From NCBI GenBank assembly GCA_964540515.1, contig CAZIMS010000010.1, positions 6,395 to 70,394 of the forward strand: a stretch of 64,000 nt of DNA. The letters are read 5' to 3'. This DNA is from an uncultured Pseudomonadota bacterium. GTDB lineage: Bacteria; CALINM01. Made by a program: the position numbers and the translations under genes. Each line of letters opens with the position of its first letter. Within the stretch, counting starts at the first letter, position 1. The notes under the pieces were generated by a model, which worked only from the letters and a program-made list of their open reading frames with translations, was not told the origin of the DNA and did not search any database. Positions 18,834-29,593 of this stretch are shown here, piece by piece.

Positions 18834-21800
18834 TAATTGCCTCCATAAAGCTTATGATACTCTTGAAGTGAGGTAACATTTATCTTCGTTTTTAGTAGTT
18901 CTGGTATAGCATAGCAGGCAATCTTAGAGGCAGATAGAGTTGTGAAGTATGGAATAGCGTTTTCAAGAGCAGACCTTCTTATAAGATAAGAATCTTCTAT
19001 CTCCTTCTGTCCAAAGGTAGTATTTATAATAAAACTTATCTCCTTATTTTTTATTTTATCGACAATATTAGGTCTACCCTCAACTACTTTAAGAACTGTC
19101 TCATTTTCAATGCCTTTTTCTTTAAGATACCTTGAAGTACCGGCGGTACAAAGTAGTTTAAATCCATGATTTTTAAGAAGTCTTGCTATATCTAAGATAT
19201 GGGGCTTGTCCTCATCTTTAACACTTAAAAAAACTGTACCTCCAAGAGGTATGCTATTGCCTGCAGCGATTTGAGATTTTGCAAAGGCCAAATAGGGCGT
19301 ATTATCAATACCCATAACCTCACCAGTTGACTTCATCTCTGGACCAAGTATGGTATCAACACCAGGAAACTTTAAGAAAGGAAAGACTGCCTCTTTGGCA
19401 CTAAAAAATTTTGGCCTTATCTCCCTTGTAAAACCTAACTCTTTAAGTGATTTTCCTAACATACATTTTATAGCTAACTTTGCTAAAGGAACACCTATTG
19501 CCTTACTCACAAAGGGAACTGTTCTTGATGCTCTTGGATTAACCTCAAGAATATATATATCATCGTCTTTAATGGCAAACTGAATATTTATGAGTCCAAT
19601 AACATTTAGCTCCTTTGCAAGCAACTTTGTCTGTCTAATTAACTCTTCTATTATCTCTTCTTTAAGAGAATAGGGAGGGATAATACAGGCACTATCTCCT
19701 GAGTGAACACCTGCCTCCTCGATATGTTCCATAACACCACCCACAACTACTATCTCTCCATCAGATATGGCATCAACATCCACCTCGATAGCATCTTTAA
19801 GAAACTTATCAATTAAAACAGGATGTTCTTCTGAGGCTCTAACAGCCTCATTAATATATCTAATAAGGTTTTTTCTATCATATACAATCTCCATGGCACG
19901 TCCACCTAATACGTAAGAAGGTCTAACCATTACAGGATAACCAATCTTTTCGGCAATCATTATAGCCTCTTCCTCTGACCTTGCGGTACCGCTCTCGGCC
20001 TGCTTAAGCCCAAGGGTTAACAGGACTTCCCTAAACCTCTCTCTGTCTTCTGCCCTATCTATACTATCTGGTGATGTGCCAAGTATTCTAACACCTGCCT
20101 TTTCTAAAGGCACAGCAAGCTTAAGAGGAGTTTGTCCACCAAACTGAACGACTATGCCTCTTGGCTTCTCTCTTTCAACAATATTTAAAACATCCTCAAA
20201 GGTGAGCGGCTCAAAGTACAATCTATTAGAGGTATCATAGTCTGTACTTACTGTTTCTGGATTACAGTTTATCATAATGGCTTCTAATCCTTCTTCCTTA
20301 ATGGCAAAGGCAGCATGGACACAACAATAATCAAACTCTATTCCCTGTCCTATTCTATTAGGACCTCCACCGAGAATAATTATCTTCTCCTTATCTGTTG
20401 GTAAGGCCTCTTCTTCCTCTTCATAGGTAGAGTAAAGATATGGAGTTTTAGCCCTAAACTCAGCGGCACAGGTATCAACCATTTTATATACAGGTTTTAT
20501 CCCCTTTTCTTCCCTATAATTTCTTACTTTAATCTCATCTATACCTAATAGTTTTGCCAATCTTCTATCTGAGAAACCTAATTTTTTAAGCTCTTCTAAC
20601 AAATCTTTGTCTATCTTCGATAATTCAAAGTCCCTTTCTTTGCTGAAGTTCTTGATATATTCTTCAGCATCAATTATCTCCTTAATGTTTTTAAGAAACC
20701 ATCTATCTATTTTTGTAAGCTCGTAGATCCTATCTATTGAGTAGTTCATCCTTAGAGCTTCTCCGATATACCAAAGTCTCTCAGCATTGGGCATTCTTAA
20801 TTTTTCATTTATAATACCTTGTCTCTCCTCAAGAGTGCCTATTTTAATCTTTTCATCAAAACCGTAACTACTTATCTCAAGAGACCTCATAGCCTTCTGA
20901 AGGGATTCTTTAAAGGTCCTGCCTATGGCCATTGCCTCTCCAACTGACTTCATCTGCGTACCTAAGGTTGTATTAGTTTTTGGAAACTTCTCGAAGGTAA
21001 ATCTTGGTATCTTAACTACAACATAGTCAATAGCTGGTTCAAAGGAGGCAGGTGTCTCTTTTGTAATATCATTCTTTATCTCATCAAGAGTATACCCTAC
21101 GGCTAACTTAGCTGCTATCTTTGCAATTGGATATCCCGTTGCCTTTGATGCTAAGGCAGAGCTTCTTGAAACTCTTGGGTTCATCTCTATTACTACCATT
21201 CTGCCGTTATCGGGGTTTATAGCAAACTGAATATTTGAGCCGCCAGTATCAACTCCAATTTCTCGAATAATTTTAATTGCCGCATCTCTCATTATCTGAT
21301 ACTCTTTGTCTGTTAATGTCTGGGCAGGTGCAACTGTTATACTATCTCCTGTATGAACACCCATGGGGTCAAGGTTTTCTATGGAACAGATAATAACAAC
21401 GTTATCCATTCTATCTCTCATTACTTCTAACTCAAACTCTTTCCATCCAATTACAGATTCTTCTATGAGAACCTGAGATACTGGACTTAAATCAAGACCA
21501 TTTTTCACAATTCTTTCGTATTCTTCAATGTTATAGGCTATTCCGCCACCTGTCCCACCCAATGTAAAGGCTGGTCTGATTATGGCTGGAAAACCAATAT
21601 CTTTAATTACTTCAATGGCCTCATTAATATTTGTTGCTAATCCACTCTTAGGGACATCAAGTCCAATCTTCTCCATGGCCTTTTTAAAGAGTTCTCTGTC
21701 TTCTCCCTTCTTAATGGCATTAATATTTGCTCCTATGAGTTTTACATTATATTTATCTAAAACTCCTCTTTCATACAAAAACATAGTTAAATTTAGCCCT

Positions 21801-22081
21801 GTTTGACCACCTAAGGTTGGTAGTATAGCGTCAGGTCTTTCCTTCTCTATAATCTTCTCAAGATACTCTACCGTTAAAGGCTCAATATATGTAGCATCAG
21901 CAAGCTGGGGGTCTGTCATAATGGTTGCTGGATTAGAGTTAGTAAGTATAACTCTATAACCTTCTTCTTTTAAAGCCTTCACAGCCTGTGTACCAGAATA
22001 GTCAAACTCACAGGCTTGGCCAATTATAATTGGTCCAGAACCTATTACAAAGATGCTCTTAATATCTGTCCTTTTAGGCAT
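18833..22081 (-). CDS. carB: carbamoyl-phosphate synthase large subunit
   Basis: [47 protein letters not shown] domain. Confidence 0.99.
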   Translation of the reverse strand: MPKRTDIKSIFVIGSGPIIIGQACEFDYSGTQAVKALKEEGYRVILTNSNPATIMTDPQLADATYIEPLTVEYLEKIIEKERPDAILPTLGGQTGLNLTMFLYERGVLDKYNVKLIGANINAIKKGEDRELFKKAMEKIGLDVPKSGLATNINEAIEVIKDIGFPAIIRPAFTLGGTGGGIAYNIEEYERIVKNGLDLSPVSQVLIEESVIGWKEFELEVMRDRMDNVVIICSIENLDPMGVHTGDSITVAPAQTLTDKEYQIMRDAAIKIIREIGVDTGGSNIQFAINPDNGRMVVIEMNPRVSRSSALASKATGYPIAKIAAKLAVGYTLDEIKNDITKETPASFEPAIDYVVVKIPRFTFEKFPKTNTTLGTQMKSVGEAMAIGRTFKESLQKAMRSLEISSYGFDEKIKIGTLEERQGIINEKLRMPNAERLWYIGEALRMNYSIDRIYELTKIDRWFLKNIKEIIDAEEYIKNFSKERDFELSKIDKDLLEELKKLGFSDRRLAKLLGIDEIKVRNYREEKGIKPVYKMVDTCAAEFRAKTPYLYSTYEEEEEALPTDKEKIIILGGGPNRIGQGIEFDYCCVHAAFAIKEEGLEAIMINCNPETVSTDYDTSNRLYFEPLTFEDVLNIVEREKPRGIVVQFGGQTPLKLAVPLEKAGVRILGTSPDSIDRAEDRERFREVLLTLGLKQAESGTARSEEEAIMIAEKIGYPVMVRPSYVLGGRAMEIVYDRKNLIRYINEAVRASEEHPVLIDKFLKDAIEVDVDAISDGEIVVVGGVMEHIEEAGVHSGDSACIIPPYSLKEEIIEELIRQTKLLAKELNVIGLINIQFAIKDDDIYILEVNPRASRTVPFVSKAIGVPLAKLAIKCMLGKSLKELGFTREIRPKFFSAKEAVFPFLKFPGVDTILGPEMKSTGEVMGIDNTPYLAFAKSQIAAGNSIPLGGTVFLSVKDEDKPHILDIARLLKNHGFKLLCTAGTSRYLKEKGIENETVLKVVEGRPNIVDKIKNKEISFIINTTFGQKEIEDSYLIRRSALENAIPYFTTLSASKIACYAIPELLKTKINVTSLQEYHKLYGGN

Positions 22082-22230
22082 ACCTCTATCTCCTCAAAAT
22101 TTAGCTTATATATTTTACCTTATTTTGCAGATATGTAAATTAGAATATCCATCTTTATTTTATAAATGTTGAAAAAATACATGTTCAATCGAATTTTAGA
22201 GCATAAGTAGAGAATCTTAAAATACATAAT

Positions 22231-23535
22231 TTATTTTTTCAATATTGCCATTGTCTCTATATGGAAGGTCTGAGGAAACATATCAAAGGGAACTACCTTC
22301 TCTACATTATAACCACTAAATGTTAGGGTCTGAATATCCCTTGCTAAAGTCGTAGGATTGCAAGAAAGATATATTATTATTTTTGGATTAAACTTTGGGA
22401 TGTAGGGTATTATCTCTTTAGCTCCTATTCTCGGTGGGTCAAGAAAGACTATATCAAAACTTCTCTTATTGTTAAACATCCTAATGACTTCATCTTTCAC
22501 ACTACCTCTAATGGGATGGATGTTTAAGATGTTGTTTTTTGCAATATTTTCTTCTAAAGCCCTAAAGGAGGAATTATTTCCTTCTACGGCAACAACATAT
22601 TTGCAAAGCTTACTGAACAAAAAGGTAAAGTTGCCAGACCCAGAAAAAAGCTCAAGCATGGTAGACGACTGATATTTATCACCCAAATAATCTGAAATAG
22701 TATTTAAAATGACCCTGTTAACCTCTGGATTTGCCTGTATAAAACCATCTGCATAGACTTTTAGTTTATAACTTAATCTGTCTAACTCTACTTGATAGAT
22801 TAAAAATGGATCTTTTATAGCATATAGGCGCCCTTTTTTTGTTTTTACAAAGCCTCCTTTAAAAAGCTTAGAGATATTTGATATGTTTGATGGATTAAAA
22901 CCATCATCTTTAGCCTTACCTGAAAAGACAAAATTATCTTCCCTATCAGAATAATACACTTCAAAATCAAGAATACCTTTCAACTCATTCTTAAATCTTC
23001 GAGTTTCTTTCAAGATATCTACTATCGGCTTTTTTAGTATGTAACAGTTATCAATATCTACCACTTTGTTACTACTATATATGTTAAAACCTAATGAGAC
23101 CTCATCTCTTTCTAAACCTACCTGAAATCTAACCCTTTGCCTGTAACCCCACTCATTACCAGCAATAGAAGTATCGTTAATCTCGGGACTTGCTATTTTT
23201 CCTATCCGTTCAAGTATATCCTTTGTTATATTTTTCTTTGCCAAAACTTGATAATTATAGTTTATGTGTTGCCATTGACAGCCACCACACTTGCCAAAAT
23301 AAGGACAGGGATAAATTCTTCTATAAGGAGAAGACTTTAATATCTCAAGCAACTTGCCATCAATATAGGTCTTTCTATCTCTCTCAATACTGAATTTTAC
23401 TATATCACCAGTCACAGTATAGGGGATAAAAGCTACCTTACCTCCAAACCTCGCTACTCCTGCAGAGCTATAGGAAAGATTAGTAATCTCTGCGATATAG
23501 TATTTGTCATCATAAACTTTGAGTGAATCAGTCAT
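22231..23535 (-). CDS. rlmD: 23S rRNA (uracil-C5)-methyltransferase, RlmD/TrmA family
   Basis: TRAM domain, CPYFGKCGGCQWQH Fe-S motif, LELFSGSGNF, LDPPR, YLSCNPTTLARD, DMFPQTFHIE. Confidence 0.88.
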   Translation of the reverse strand: MTDSLKVYDDKYYIAEITNLSYSSAGVARFGGKVAFIPYTVTGDIVKFSIERDRKTYIDGKLLEILKSSPYRRIYPCPYFGKCGGCQWQHINYNYQVLAKKNITKDILERIGKIASPEINDTSIAGNEWGYRQRVRFQVGLERDEVSLGFNIYSSNKVVDIDNCYILKKPIVDILKETRRFKNELKGILDFEVYYSDREDNFVFSGKAKDDGFNPSNISNISKLFKGGFVKTKKGRLYAIKDPFLIYQVELDRLSYKLKVYADGFIQANPEVNRVILNTISDYLGDKYQSSTMLELFSGSGNFTFLFSKLCKYVVAVEGNNSSFRALEENIAKNNILNIHPIRGSVKDEVIRMFNNKRSFDIVFLDPPRIGAKEIIPYIPKFNPKIIIYLSCNPTTLARDIQTLTFSGYNVEKVVPFDMFPQTFHIETMAILKK

Positions 23536-23560
23536 ATTAAATATTTACCTTATATTAGTT

Positions 23561-24361
23561 TCATTTACCAACAGTAACAACCGTAACCTTCTCTAAGTGT
23601 TTTCCAAGTATTGTTTTACCTACTTTTAAAAATCTTTCTGCTGCATCTGTCACATAATAATCAGGCTCAAGTATCTCTTTTCTATCGGATAAAAGATTAC
23701 TATCTTTTAAAAGATTAAGCACCAAATTAGAGGTTTCTCTAGCTGAATCAACTATATTTATGGAGTGATTGAAAAATTTAGCTATAGGTCTCTTTAACAT
23801 GGGATAATGGGTACAACCAAGAACAAGGGTATCTATATTCTTGCCCTTAAATATTTTTAGGTAATGGCTAATAACGTCATCTACTATAGCCCCTTTTAAA
23901 AGCCCCTCCTCTACAAGCGGTACAAATAATGGACAGGACTTTGAAAAAACAGATATCTTATTATTCAAGGATTTTATCTCTTCCTTGTAGGCAGAGCTTT
24001 TTATAGTAGCATCTGTTCCAATAATCCCTATTCTCTGATTCTTGGTAATCTCGACAGCTTTTTTGGCACCAGGCTCTATAACACCTACAATGGGAATCTT
24101 AAATATTTCTTTAAGAGTCTTTAAGCTGGTAGCGGTTGAGGTATTACAGGCAACTACGAGTAGCTTAATATCAAACTGCATCAAGAATTTTGTATTTTCG
24201 ATGGAATATCTAATAATAGTATCTTTTGATTTGTTCCCATAGGGAACTCTTGCTGTATCTCCTAAGTAAATAAGCTTCTCGGTGGGTAATTTTCTTTTAA
24301 TCTCTTTTAATACAGTAAGACCACCCACACCAGAATCGAAAATACCGATTGGATTATTCAA
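23561..24361 (-). CDS. murI: glutamate racemase
   Basis: IGIFDSGVGGLTV, VACNTST, LGCTHYP; TTG start at 24361 with SD GGAGG. Confidence 0.96.
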   Translation of the reverse strand: MNNPIGIFDSGVGGLTVLKEIKRKLPTEKLIYLGDTARVPYGNKSKDTIIRYSIENTKFLMQFDIKLLVVACNTSTATSLKTLKEIFKIPIVGVIEPGAKKAVEITKNQRIGIIGTDATIKSSAYKEEIKSLNNKISVFSKSCPLFVPLVEEGLLKGAIVDDVISHYLKIFKGKNIDTLVLGCTHYPMLKRPIAKFFNHSINIVDSARETSNLVLNLLKDSNLLSDRKEILEPDYYVTDAAERFLKVGKTILGKHLEKVTVVTVGK

Positions 24362-24380
24362 AGAACCTCCTAAAAACTTG

Positions 24381-25241
24381 TTATTGTACCACAGTAACCT
24401 GATAAATGAAAGTACCATCTATGTTAATTTTCTCGATGTCCCATTCTTTGGGAAAGGGTGCGAGGGGAGAAGCATCTCTCAATGCCTTCATTGCAGCGTC
24501 ATCAAGAAAGCTATAGCCAGAAGACTGAATTAGTACCTTATTTTCTATCTTACCATCCCTTGATATAGAAAAAGTTATCTTAAGCCTTCCCCCAATGCCC
24601 CTTTCTTTTGCTACTTCAGGATATCTCCATACCGCCTCAATCTTTCGTTTTATCTTCTCAAGATATGATAAATATTTATACTCTTTTGTATTGAGAATAA
24701 GCTCTTTTGAACCTTTTACATCTCCAGTATCAAGATTTATAGTCTCTTCCTTGGGAAGTTTTGACAACAGGTCCGTTGATTTAGGAATAAGATTTTTTAA
24801 GTTTGGTAAAGTTTTTTCTTCTCTTAGCCTTACTTGCTCTCTTGTCTTTTTATCTTCAGTCATACCTAAATTAGGAATTTTATCCTGTATTTTAGGTGGC
24901 TCTTCAGCTCTTTCCTCAACTTTATCCTGCATGCCTCCTTTCTCTTTAAAACTCTCCCTTTCTATCTCCTCCAAGATTTTTGGTATACTTTTACTTATCT
25001 CAGGAAGTTTGTTTTCTTGTCCTGTTATAATATCCTTTGCTCCAAAAGCCTTAAAATTATTTGATGGCTGGGTTTTAATGTCAGGAGGCGGATAATAGGG
25101 TATTATCTCTATTATCTCTTCTTTTTTCCTACCTGATTTTTTAGGCTCCCCTTCAAAGATATAGGAACTCAAAAATGCAAAAAAATGTATTAATAATGAT
25201 ATTGTTATAGCAACTAATAAGTATCTTTTTTTTATAGTCAC
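24381..25241 (-). CDS. TonB-family energy transducer
   Basis: N-terminal TM helix with SLLIH, low-complexity linker, C-terminal WRYPEVAKERGIGG..ISRDG..SSG..LDDAA. Confidence 0.85.
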   Translation of the reverse strand: MTIKKRYLLVAITISLLIHFFAFLSSYIFEGEPKKSGRKKEEIIEIIPYYPPPDIKTQPSNNFKAFGAKDIITGQENKLPEISKSIPKILEEIERESFKEKGGMQDKVEERAEEPPKIQDKIPNLGMTEDKKTREQVRLREEKTLPNLKNLIPKSTDLLSKLPKEETINLDTGDVKGSKELILNTKEYKYLSYLEKIKRKIEAVWRYPEVAKERGIGGRLKITFSISRDGKIENKVLIQSSGYSFLDDAAMKALRDASPLAPFPKEWDIEKINIDGTFIYQVTVVQ

Positions 25242-25250
25242 AAAAACCTT

Positions 25251-25658
25251 TTAAAGCGATTTTCTAAGTAAAGCAGCGTACTCTTGCAGCTCCCCCTCTT
25301 TATATTTGCTATGTTCCATGCCTATTTTTATACCATCCTCAGGTCTTCTGGGTATAAGATGAAAATGGGAATGGAATATTATCTGTCCTGCATCCTTTCC
25401 ATTATTCTGGATTAGATTAATTCCAGTCACGTTAAGAGCTTTTGTTAATAATCCACAGAGCTTCTTTAAAAGAACAGCAGTTTTTTTAAGTATCTCATCA
25501 TCCATATCCATTATATTAACACAGTGCCTTTTGGGAATAATCAATAAATGTCCTTTACTAATAGGATTTATGTCGAGAATGGCAATAAAATCCTCATCTT
25601 CATAAATCTTCTCGGAAGGTATTGAACCATTGACAATATTACAAAAAATACAGTTCAT
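25251..25658 (-). CDS. HIT-family nucleotide hydrolase
   Basis: MNCIFC start (ATG 25658, SD GGAGG); GQIIFHSHFHLIPR histidine triad. Confidence 0.9.
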   Translation of the reverse strand: MNCIFCNIVNGSIPSEKIYEDEDFIAILDINPISKGHLLIIPKRHCVNIMDMDDEILKKTAVLLKKLCGLLTKALNVTGINLIQNNGKDAGQIIFHSHFHLIPRRPEDGIKIGMEHSKYKEGELQEYAALLRKSL

Positions 25659-25792
25659 AAAAACCTCCTTTTGAAATATTATTATCTTATTAAACCCAAT
25701 CTTTTTCATATATTACTATAAAAGTTTTTTTTTAATAAATGCTTTTTTGACTTTTTTATACATTCTGCTATATTTAAAAAAAAGGAGGGACT

Positions 25793-26080
25793 ATGATAGA
25801 TAACATAAAAAAGATTTTATATGCAGGGTTAGGTATCTTTGCACTTTCTGAAGATAAGGCTAAAGAAATAATAGAAGAGCTTATTAAACAAGGAGAGATA
25901 ACTACACAGGAAGGAGAACAATTAATCTCTGATATCAAAAATAAGGCCTATACAAAAGGAAAAGAGTTTGAAGATAAGATAGCATTAAAAATAAAAGATT
26001 ATTTAAAAATTAATGAGTTAGAAGAACGGGTTAGCAAACTGGAAGAAGAGCTTAACAAAATAAGAGAAAAAATATCTTAA
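25793..26080 (+). CDS. phasin/PhaF-like small coiled-coil protein
   Basis: KILYAGLGIFAL..KAKEIIEELIKQGEIT..EG pattern; SD AGGAGG. Confidence 0.6.
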   Translation: MIDNIKKILYAGLGIFALSEDKAKEIIEELIKQGEITTQEGEQLISDIKNKAYTKGKEFEDKIALKIKDYLKINELEERVSKLEEELNKIREKIS

Positions 26081-26083
26081 TGC

Positions 26084-26119
26084 TTGACAAAAATTTTTTT
26101 TAAATTAGAATTATTATAA
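26084..26119 (+). promoter_or_regulatory. sigma70 promoter overlapped by a PerR-box-like site
   Basis: TTGACA 26084-26089, 16 bp, TAGAAT 26106-26111. TTAGAATTATTATAA (26105-26119) is one mismatch from the B. subtilis Per box TTATAATnATTATAA. Confidence 0.65.
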
Positions 26120-26120
26120 A

Positions 26121-26555
26121 ATGAAAGAAATCATAAAAAAGTTAAAAGACCACAAAGTAAAGGTTACGCCCCAAAGGGTTGCTATCATCGAATATCTTAT
26201 AAATACAAAAAGCCATCCCTCTGCAGAGGATATTTATAAAGAAATGTTAAAGATTTATCCTACCATGTCATATGCCACTGTTTACAACACTTTGATTACT
26301 CTAAAAAATTTAGGAGAGGTCGTTGAGCTTGCTATTGACCACGATAAAAAAAGGTTTGACATGGATACATCATTACATCACCATTTTTATTGTACAAGAT
26401 GTAAAGGTGTTTATGATTTGAGTAAAAATTTTATTATAGAAGCGATTACAAGTATAGATGGACATAAAGTAGAAAGAACATTTCTAAACTTTACAGGGAT
26501 ATGCAATAAATGCTTAAAGGAGGAACTAAATGAGCAAGACAGAAAAAAATCTTAA
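26121..26555 (+). CDS. perR: Fur-family peroxide regulator
   Basis: TPQR, HPSAEDIY, ATVYNTL, HHHFYCTRC, CNKC; first gene of an rbr-dfx-prx operon. Confidence 0.8.
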   Translation: MKEIIKKLKDHKVKVTPQRVAIIEYLINTKSHPSAEDIYKEMLKIYPTMSYATVYNTLITLKNLGEVVELAIDHDKKRFDMDTSLHHHFYCTRCKGVYDLSKNFIIEAITSIDGHKVERTFLNFTGICNKCLKEELNEQDRKKS

Positions 26556-27024
26556 GGAAGCCTTCGCCGGTGAATCTCAGGCAAACAGAAAATATTTGGC
26601 CTTTGCTAAAAAGGCTGAACAGGAAGGTTTAAAGGGAGTTGCAAAACTATTTAAAGCTGCCGCAGAAGCAGAGACAGTTCATGCACACAATCATTTGAGA
26701 GAGTTAAACGGTATTAAATCTACTCGTGAAAATTTACAAGAAGCCATTGATGGGGAGACCTATGAGTTTAAAAACATGTATCCTCAAATGATAGAGGAGG
26801 CCGAACAAGAAGGTAACGCTGGTGCAAAAAGAAGTTTTCATTATGCCAACGAAGTAGAAAAAGTACATGCAGGATTATTTAAAAAGGCCTTAGATGAGAT
26901 AGATAAAAATATGGACTATGAGATCTATGTATGCGAAGTCTGTGGAAATACCTTCATAGGTGAGGCGCCAGAGAAGTGTCCTGTCTGTAATGCATTAAAA
27001 AAGTTTTTTAAAAAAATAGAGTAG
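26530..27024 (+). CDS. rbr: rubrerythrin
   Basis: AFAGESQANRKY, AETVHA, ETYEFKNMYP, EKVHA, CEVCG..CPVC. Confidence 0.93.
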   Translation: MSKTEKNLKEAFAGESQANRKYLAFAKKAEQEGLKGVAKLFKAAAEAETVHAHNHLRELNGIKSTRENLQEAIDGETYEFKNMYPQMIEEAEQEGNAGAKRSFHYANEVEKVHAGLFKKALDEIDKNMDYEIYVCEVCGNTFIGEAPEKCPVCNALKKFFKKIE

Positions 27025-27033
27025 GAGGAAGTT

Positions 27034-27411
27034 ATGACTAATATAATGGAAATTTATAAATGCGAGATCTGTGGTAATATTGTTGAAGTTCAACACACAG
27101 GCGGTGGTACTTTAGTATGCTGCGGACAACCAATGAAACTTTTAAAAGAAAATACTGTAGACGCATCTAAAGAAAAACACGTACCCATTTACGAGATTAA
27201 CGGTAACAAAGTAACAGTAAAAGTAGGCTCAGTCCCCCATCCAATGGAGGAAAAACATTATATTGAATGGATACAAATTATTACCGACAAAAAATCTTAT
27301 AGACACTATTTAATCCCTGGTGAATCACCTGAAGCTACCTTCGAGGTTGAAGGTGAGATTAAAAAGGTAAGAGAATACTGCAATCTACACCTATTATGGG
27401 CAAATACTTGA
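27034..27411 (+). CDS. dfx: desulfoferrodoxin (superoxide reductase)
   Basis: [38 protein letters not shown]. Confidence 0.93.
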   Translation: MTNIMEIYKCEICGNIVEVQHTGGGTLVCCGQPMKLLKENTVDASKEKHVPIYEINGNKVTVKVGSVPHPMEEKHYIEWIQIITDKKSYRHYLIPGESPEATFEVEGEIKKVREYCNLHLLWANT

Positions 27412-27425
27412 TTAGGAGGTTATAA

Positions 27426-28037
27426 ATGTGTAATACTTCAAGCTTCTGCATTACAGTTGGTCAACAGGTACCAAATTTTGAGATTGAGATTTATGATTCC
27501 AGCAAGCAAGATTTTGGCAAGTTATCCTTAGCTGATATAAAGGCAAAGAAAGAATGGTTAATTTTATTCTTCTACCCCGCAGATTTTACTTTTGTCTGCC
27601 CTACAGAACTAGATGATCTTGCAAAAATATACGATGAGCTAAAGAAGATGGGATGTGAGGTACTTTCTGTTAGCACCGATACTAAATTTACTCATTTAGC
27701 ATGGCATAGAGATGAGTTATTACTTAAAGGTGTAAAATATCCAATGGGAGCAGATACAACGGGTAATCTTTCAAGAATGTTTGGTGTATATGATGAAAAC
27801 ACAGGATTAGCCTTAAGAGGAACCTTTATCATCAATCCAGAAGGCAAACTGGTAGCCTCTGAAATTAATTATTATAATGTAGGTAGAAATGCTGAAGAAC
27901 TTTTAAGGAAGATGAAAGCTAATATTTACCTTGCTGTGCACCCTGATGAGGCTTGTCCCGCCAGATGGCAGGAAGGTGAGAAAACTTTAAAACCATCAGC
28001 AGAGTTAGTTGGGAACGTTTATAAGGCCTTAAGTTAA
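27426..28037 (+). CDS. peroxiredoxin (AhpC/Prx1 type)
   Basis: FYPADFTFVCPTE, RGTFIINPEG, EACPARW. Confidence 0.9.
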   Translation: MCNTSSFCITVGQQVPNFEIEIYDSSKQDFGKLSLADIKAKKEWLILFFYPADFTFVCPTELDDLAKIYDELKKMGCEVLSVSTDTKFTHLAWHRDELLLKGVKYPMGADTTGNLSRMFGVYDENTGLALRGTFIINPEGKLVASEINYYNVGRNAEELLRKMKANIYLAVHPDEACPARWQEGEKTLKPSAELVGNVYKALS

Positions 28038-28047
28038 AATTATTTTT

Positions 28048-28088
28048 AGGCGTGAAAGGTGTCTTAGTAGCCTTTCACGTCTTTTTTT
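28048..28088 (+). terminator. intrinsic terminator of the perR operon
   Basis: CGTGAAAGG (28051-28059) / CCTTTCACG (28071-28079) followed by a T7 run. Confidence 0.8.
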
Positions 28089-28146
28089 ATATCTAATTTA
28101 TCAAAAAACTTTTATCTATCCTTTTTTTTATATATAATCATATGCA

Positions 28147-29049
28147 ATGCAGTTTCCTGAAGGATTTTACAAGATATTGCTTGAAAACATAAACGAAGGT
28201 GTGTACTTTGTTGACATTAATCGTAAGATTCTTTACTGGAATAGGGGAGCAGAAGAGATAACAGGATTTAAGAGAGAGGAGGTAGTTGGTCACCATTGTC
28301 AAGACAATATTTTGAGACATATAGATGATACCGGTAAAGAGTTATGCTTATCAGACTGTCCTCTTCAATGGACTGTTAATACAAAAACACCCCATAAAGC
28401 AGAGGTTTATCTCCACCATAAAGATGGTCATAGAGTACCTGTATACGTATTTTGCTCTCCCATATTTAATACAAAAAATCAATTAGTAGGAGTTGTTGAG
28501 ATCTTCAGAGATAATAGTTATGTAAAGTCACTTAAAGAGAGAATAACTTACCTTGAAGAAGCAGCATTGCTGGACAACCTAACAAAGTTATCAAATAGAA
28601 GATTTTTAGAACTTACGTTACTTACAAAAATTTTGGAAACAAGAAGGTACAATCGTAATTACGGAGTAATATTCGTTGATGTTGATGACTTTAAGATGAT
28701 TAATGATACCTTTGGACACAATGTGGGTGACAGTATACTTATGATGGTTGCCTCAACATTACGAAGTAATGTTAGATTTTATGACGCTGTGGGCAGATGG
28801 GGTGGTGATGAGTTTGTTATTGTTATAGAACTCAAAGATAATGATGATCTAATAAATATTACCGAAAAAATACGCACTTTGGTGCAAAAATCTTATTTAA
28901 CAGTTGGAGATAAAAAAATTTCTACTACTCTATCCATAGGAGCAACAACAATTGCTGTTAGAGATACTATTGAATCAGTGATTTCCCGAGCTGATAAGCT
29001 AATGTACGAAAGTAAGAAGAAAGGAAAAAACAATATAACTATTGGGTAA
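28147..29049 (+). CDS. PAS-GGDEF diguanylate cyclase
   Basis: PAS ([11 protein letters not shown]), [27 protein letters not shown]. Confidence 0.92.
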   Translation: MQFPEGFYKILLENINEGVYFVDINRKILYWNRGAEEITGFKREEVVGHHCQDNILRHIDDTGKELCLSDCPLQWTVNTKTPHKAEVYLHHKDGHRVPVYVFCSPIFNTKNQLVGVVEIFRDNSYVKSLKERITYLEEAALLDNLTKLSNRRFLELTLLTKILETRRYNRNYGVIFVDVDDFKMINDTFGHNVGDSILMMVASTLRSNVRFYDAVGRWGGDEFVIVIELKDNDDLINITEKIRTLVQKSYLTVGDKKISTTLSIGATTIAVRDTIESVISRADKLMYESKKKGKNNITIG

Positions 29050-29051
29050 AT

Positions 29052-29588
29052 ATGGTTACAGCAGAAAAAGGAATCAATAATAAGATTTTGAGATTATTCT
29101 ATGGAGATATAACAGAGCGAGAAGCTGATGCTATTGTCAACCCTGCTAACTCAGAGCTTCTACACGGGGGAGGTGTAGCAGGTACTATTGTAAGAAAAGG
29201 TGGCTACATCATTCAGGAAGAAAGCGATAAAATCGGTTATGTGCCAGTTGGTCATGCTGTAATAACATCAGCCGGTAGCTTAAAGGCAAAATTTGTAATT
29301 CATACAGTTGGTCCTATATTTGGTGAGGGAGACGAAGATAATAAATTAAAAAATGCCATAAGAAACACCTTAAGATTAGCATCAGAGAAAGGATTAAGGT
29401 CTGTATCGATACCTGCTATTAGTGCCGGCATCTTTGGTTTCCCCAAAGATAGATGTGCCAAAATACTTATAGAAGAAACAAAAAATTTTATAAAAGAACA
29501 TCCTAATAGCTCATTAGAAATTATAGAGTTTTGCATCTACAATGAAGATGTTCTCATTCATTTTAAGAAAGAATTTGAAAAGATTTAA
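29052..29588 (+). CDS. macrodomain ADP-ribose hydrolase (YmdB-like)
   Basis: [37 protein letters not shown]. Confidence 0.9.
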   Translation: MVTAEKGINNKILRLFYGDITEREADAIVNPANSELLHGGGVAGTIVRKGGYIIQEESDKIGYVPVGHAVITSAGSLKAKFVIHTVGPIFGEGDEDNKLKNAIRNTLRLASEKGLRSVSIPAISAGIFGFPKDRCAKILIEETKNFIKEHPNSSLEIIEFCIYNEDVLIHFKKEFEKI

Positions 29589-29593
29589 AAATT

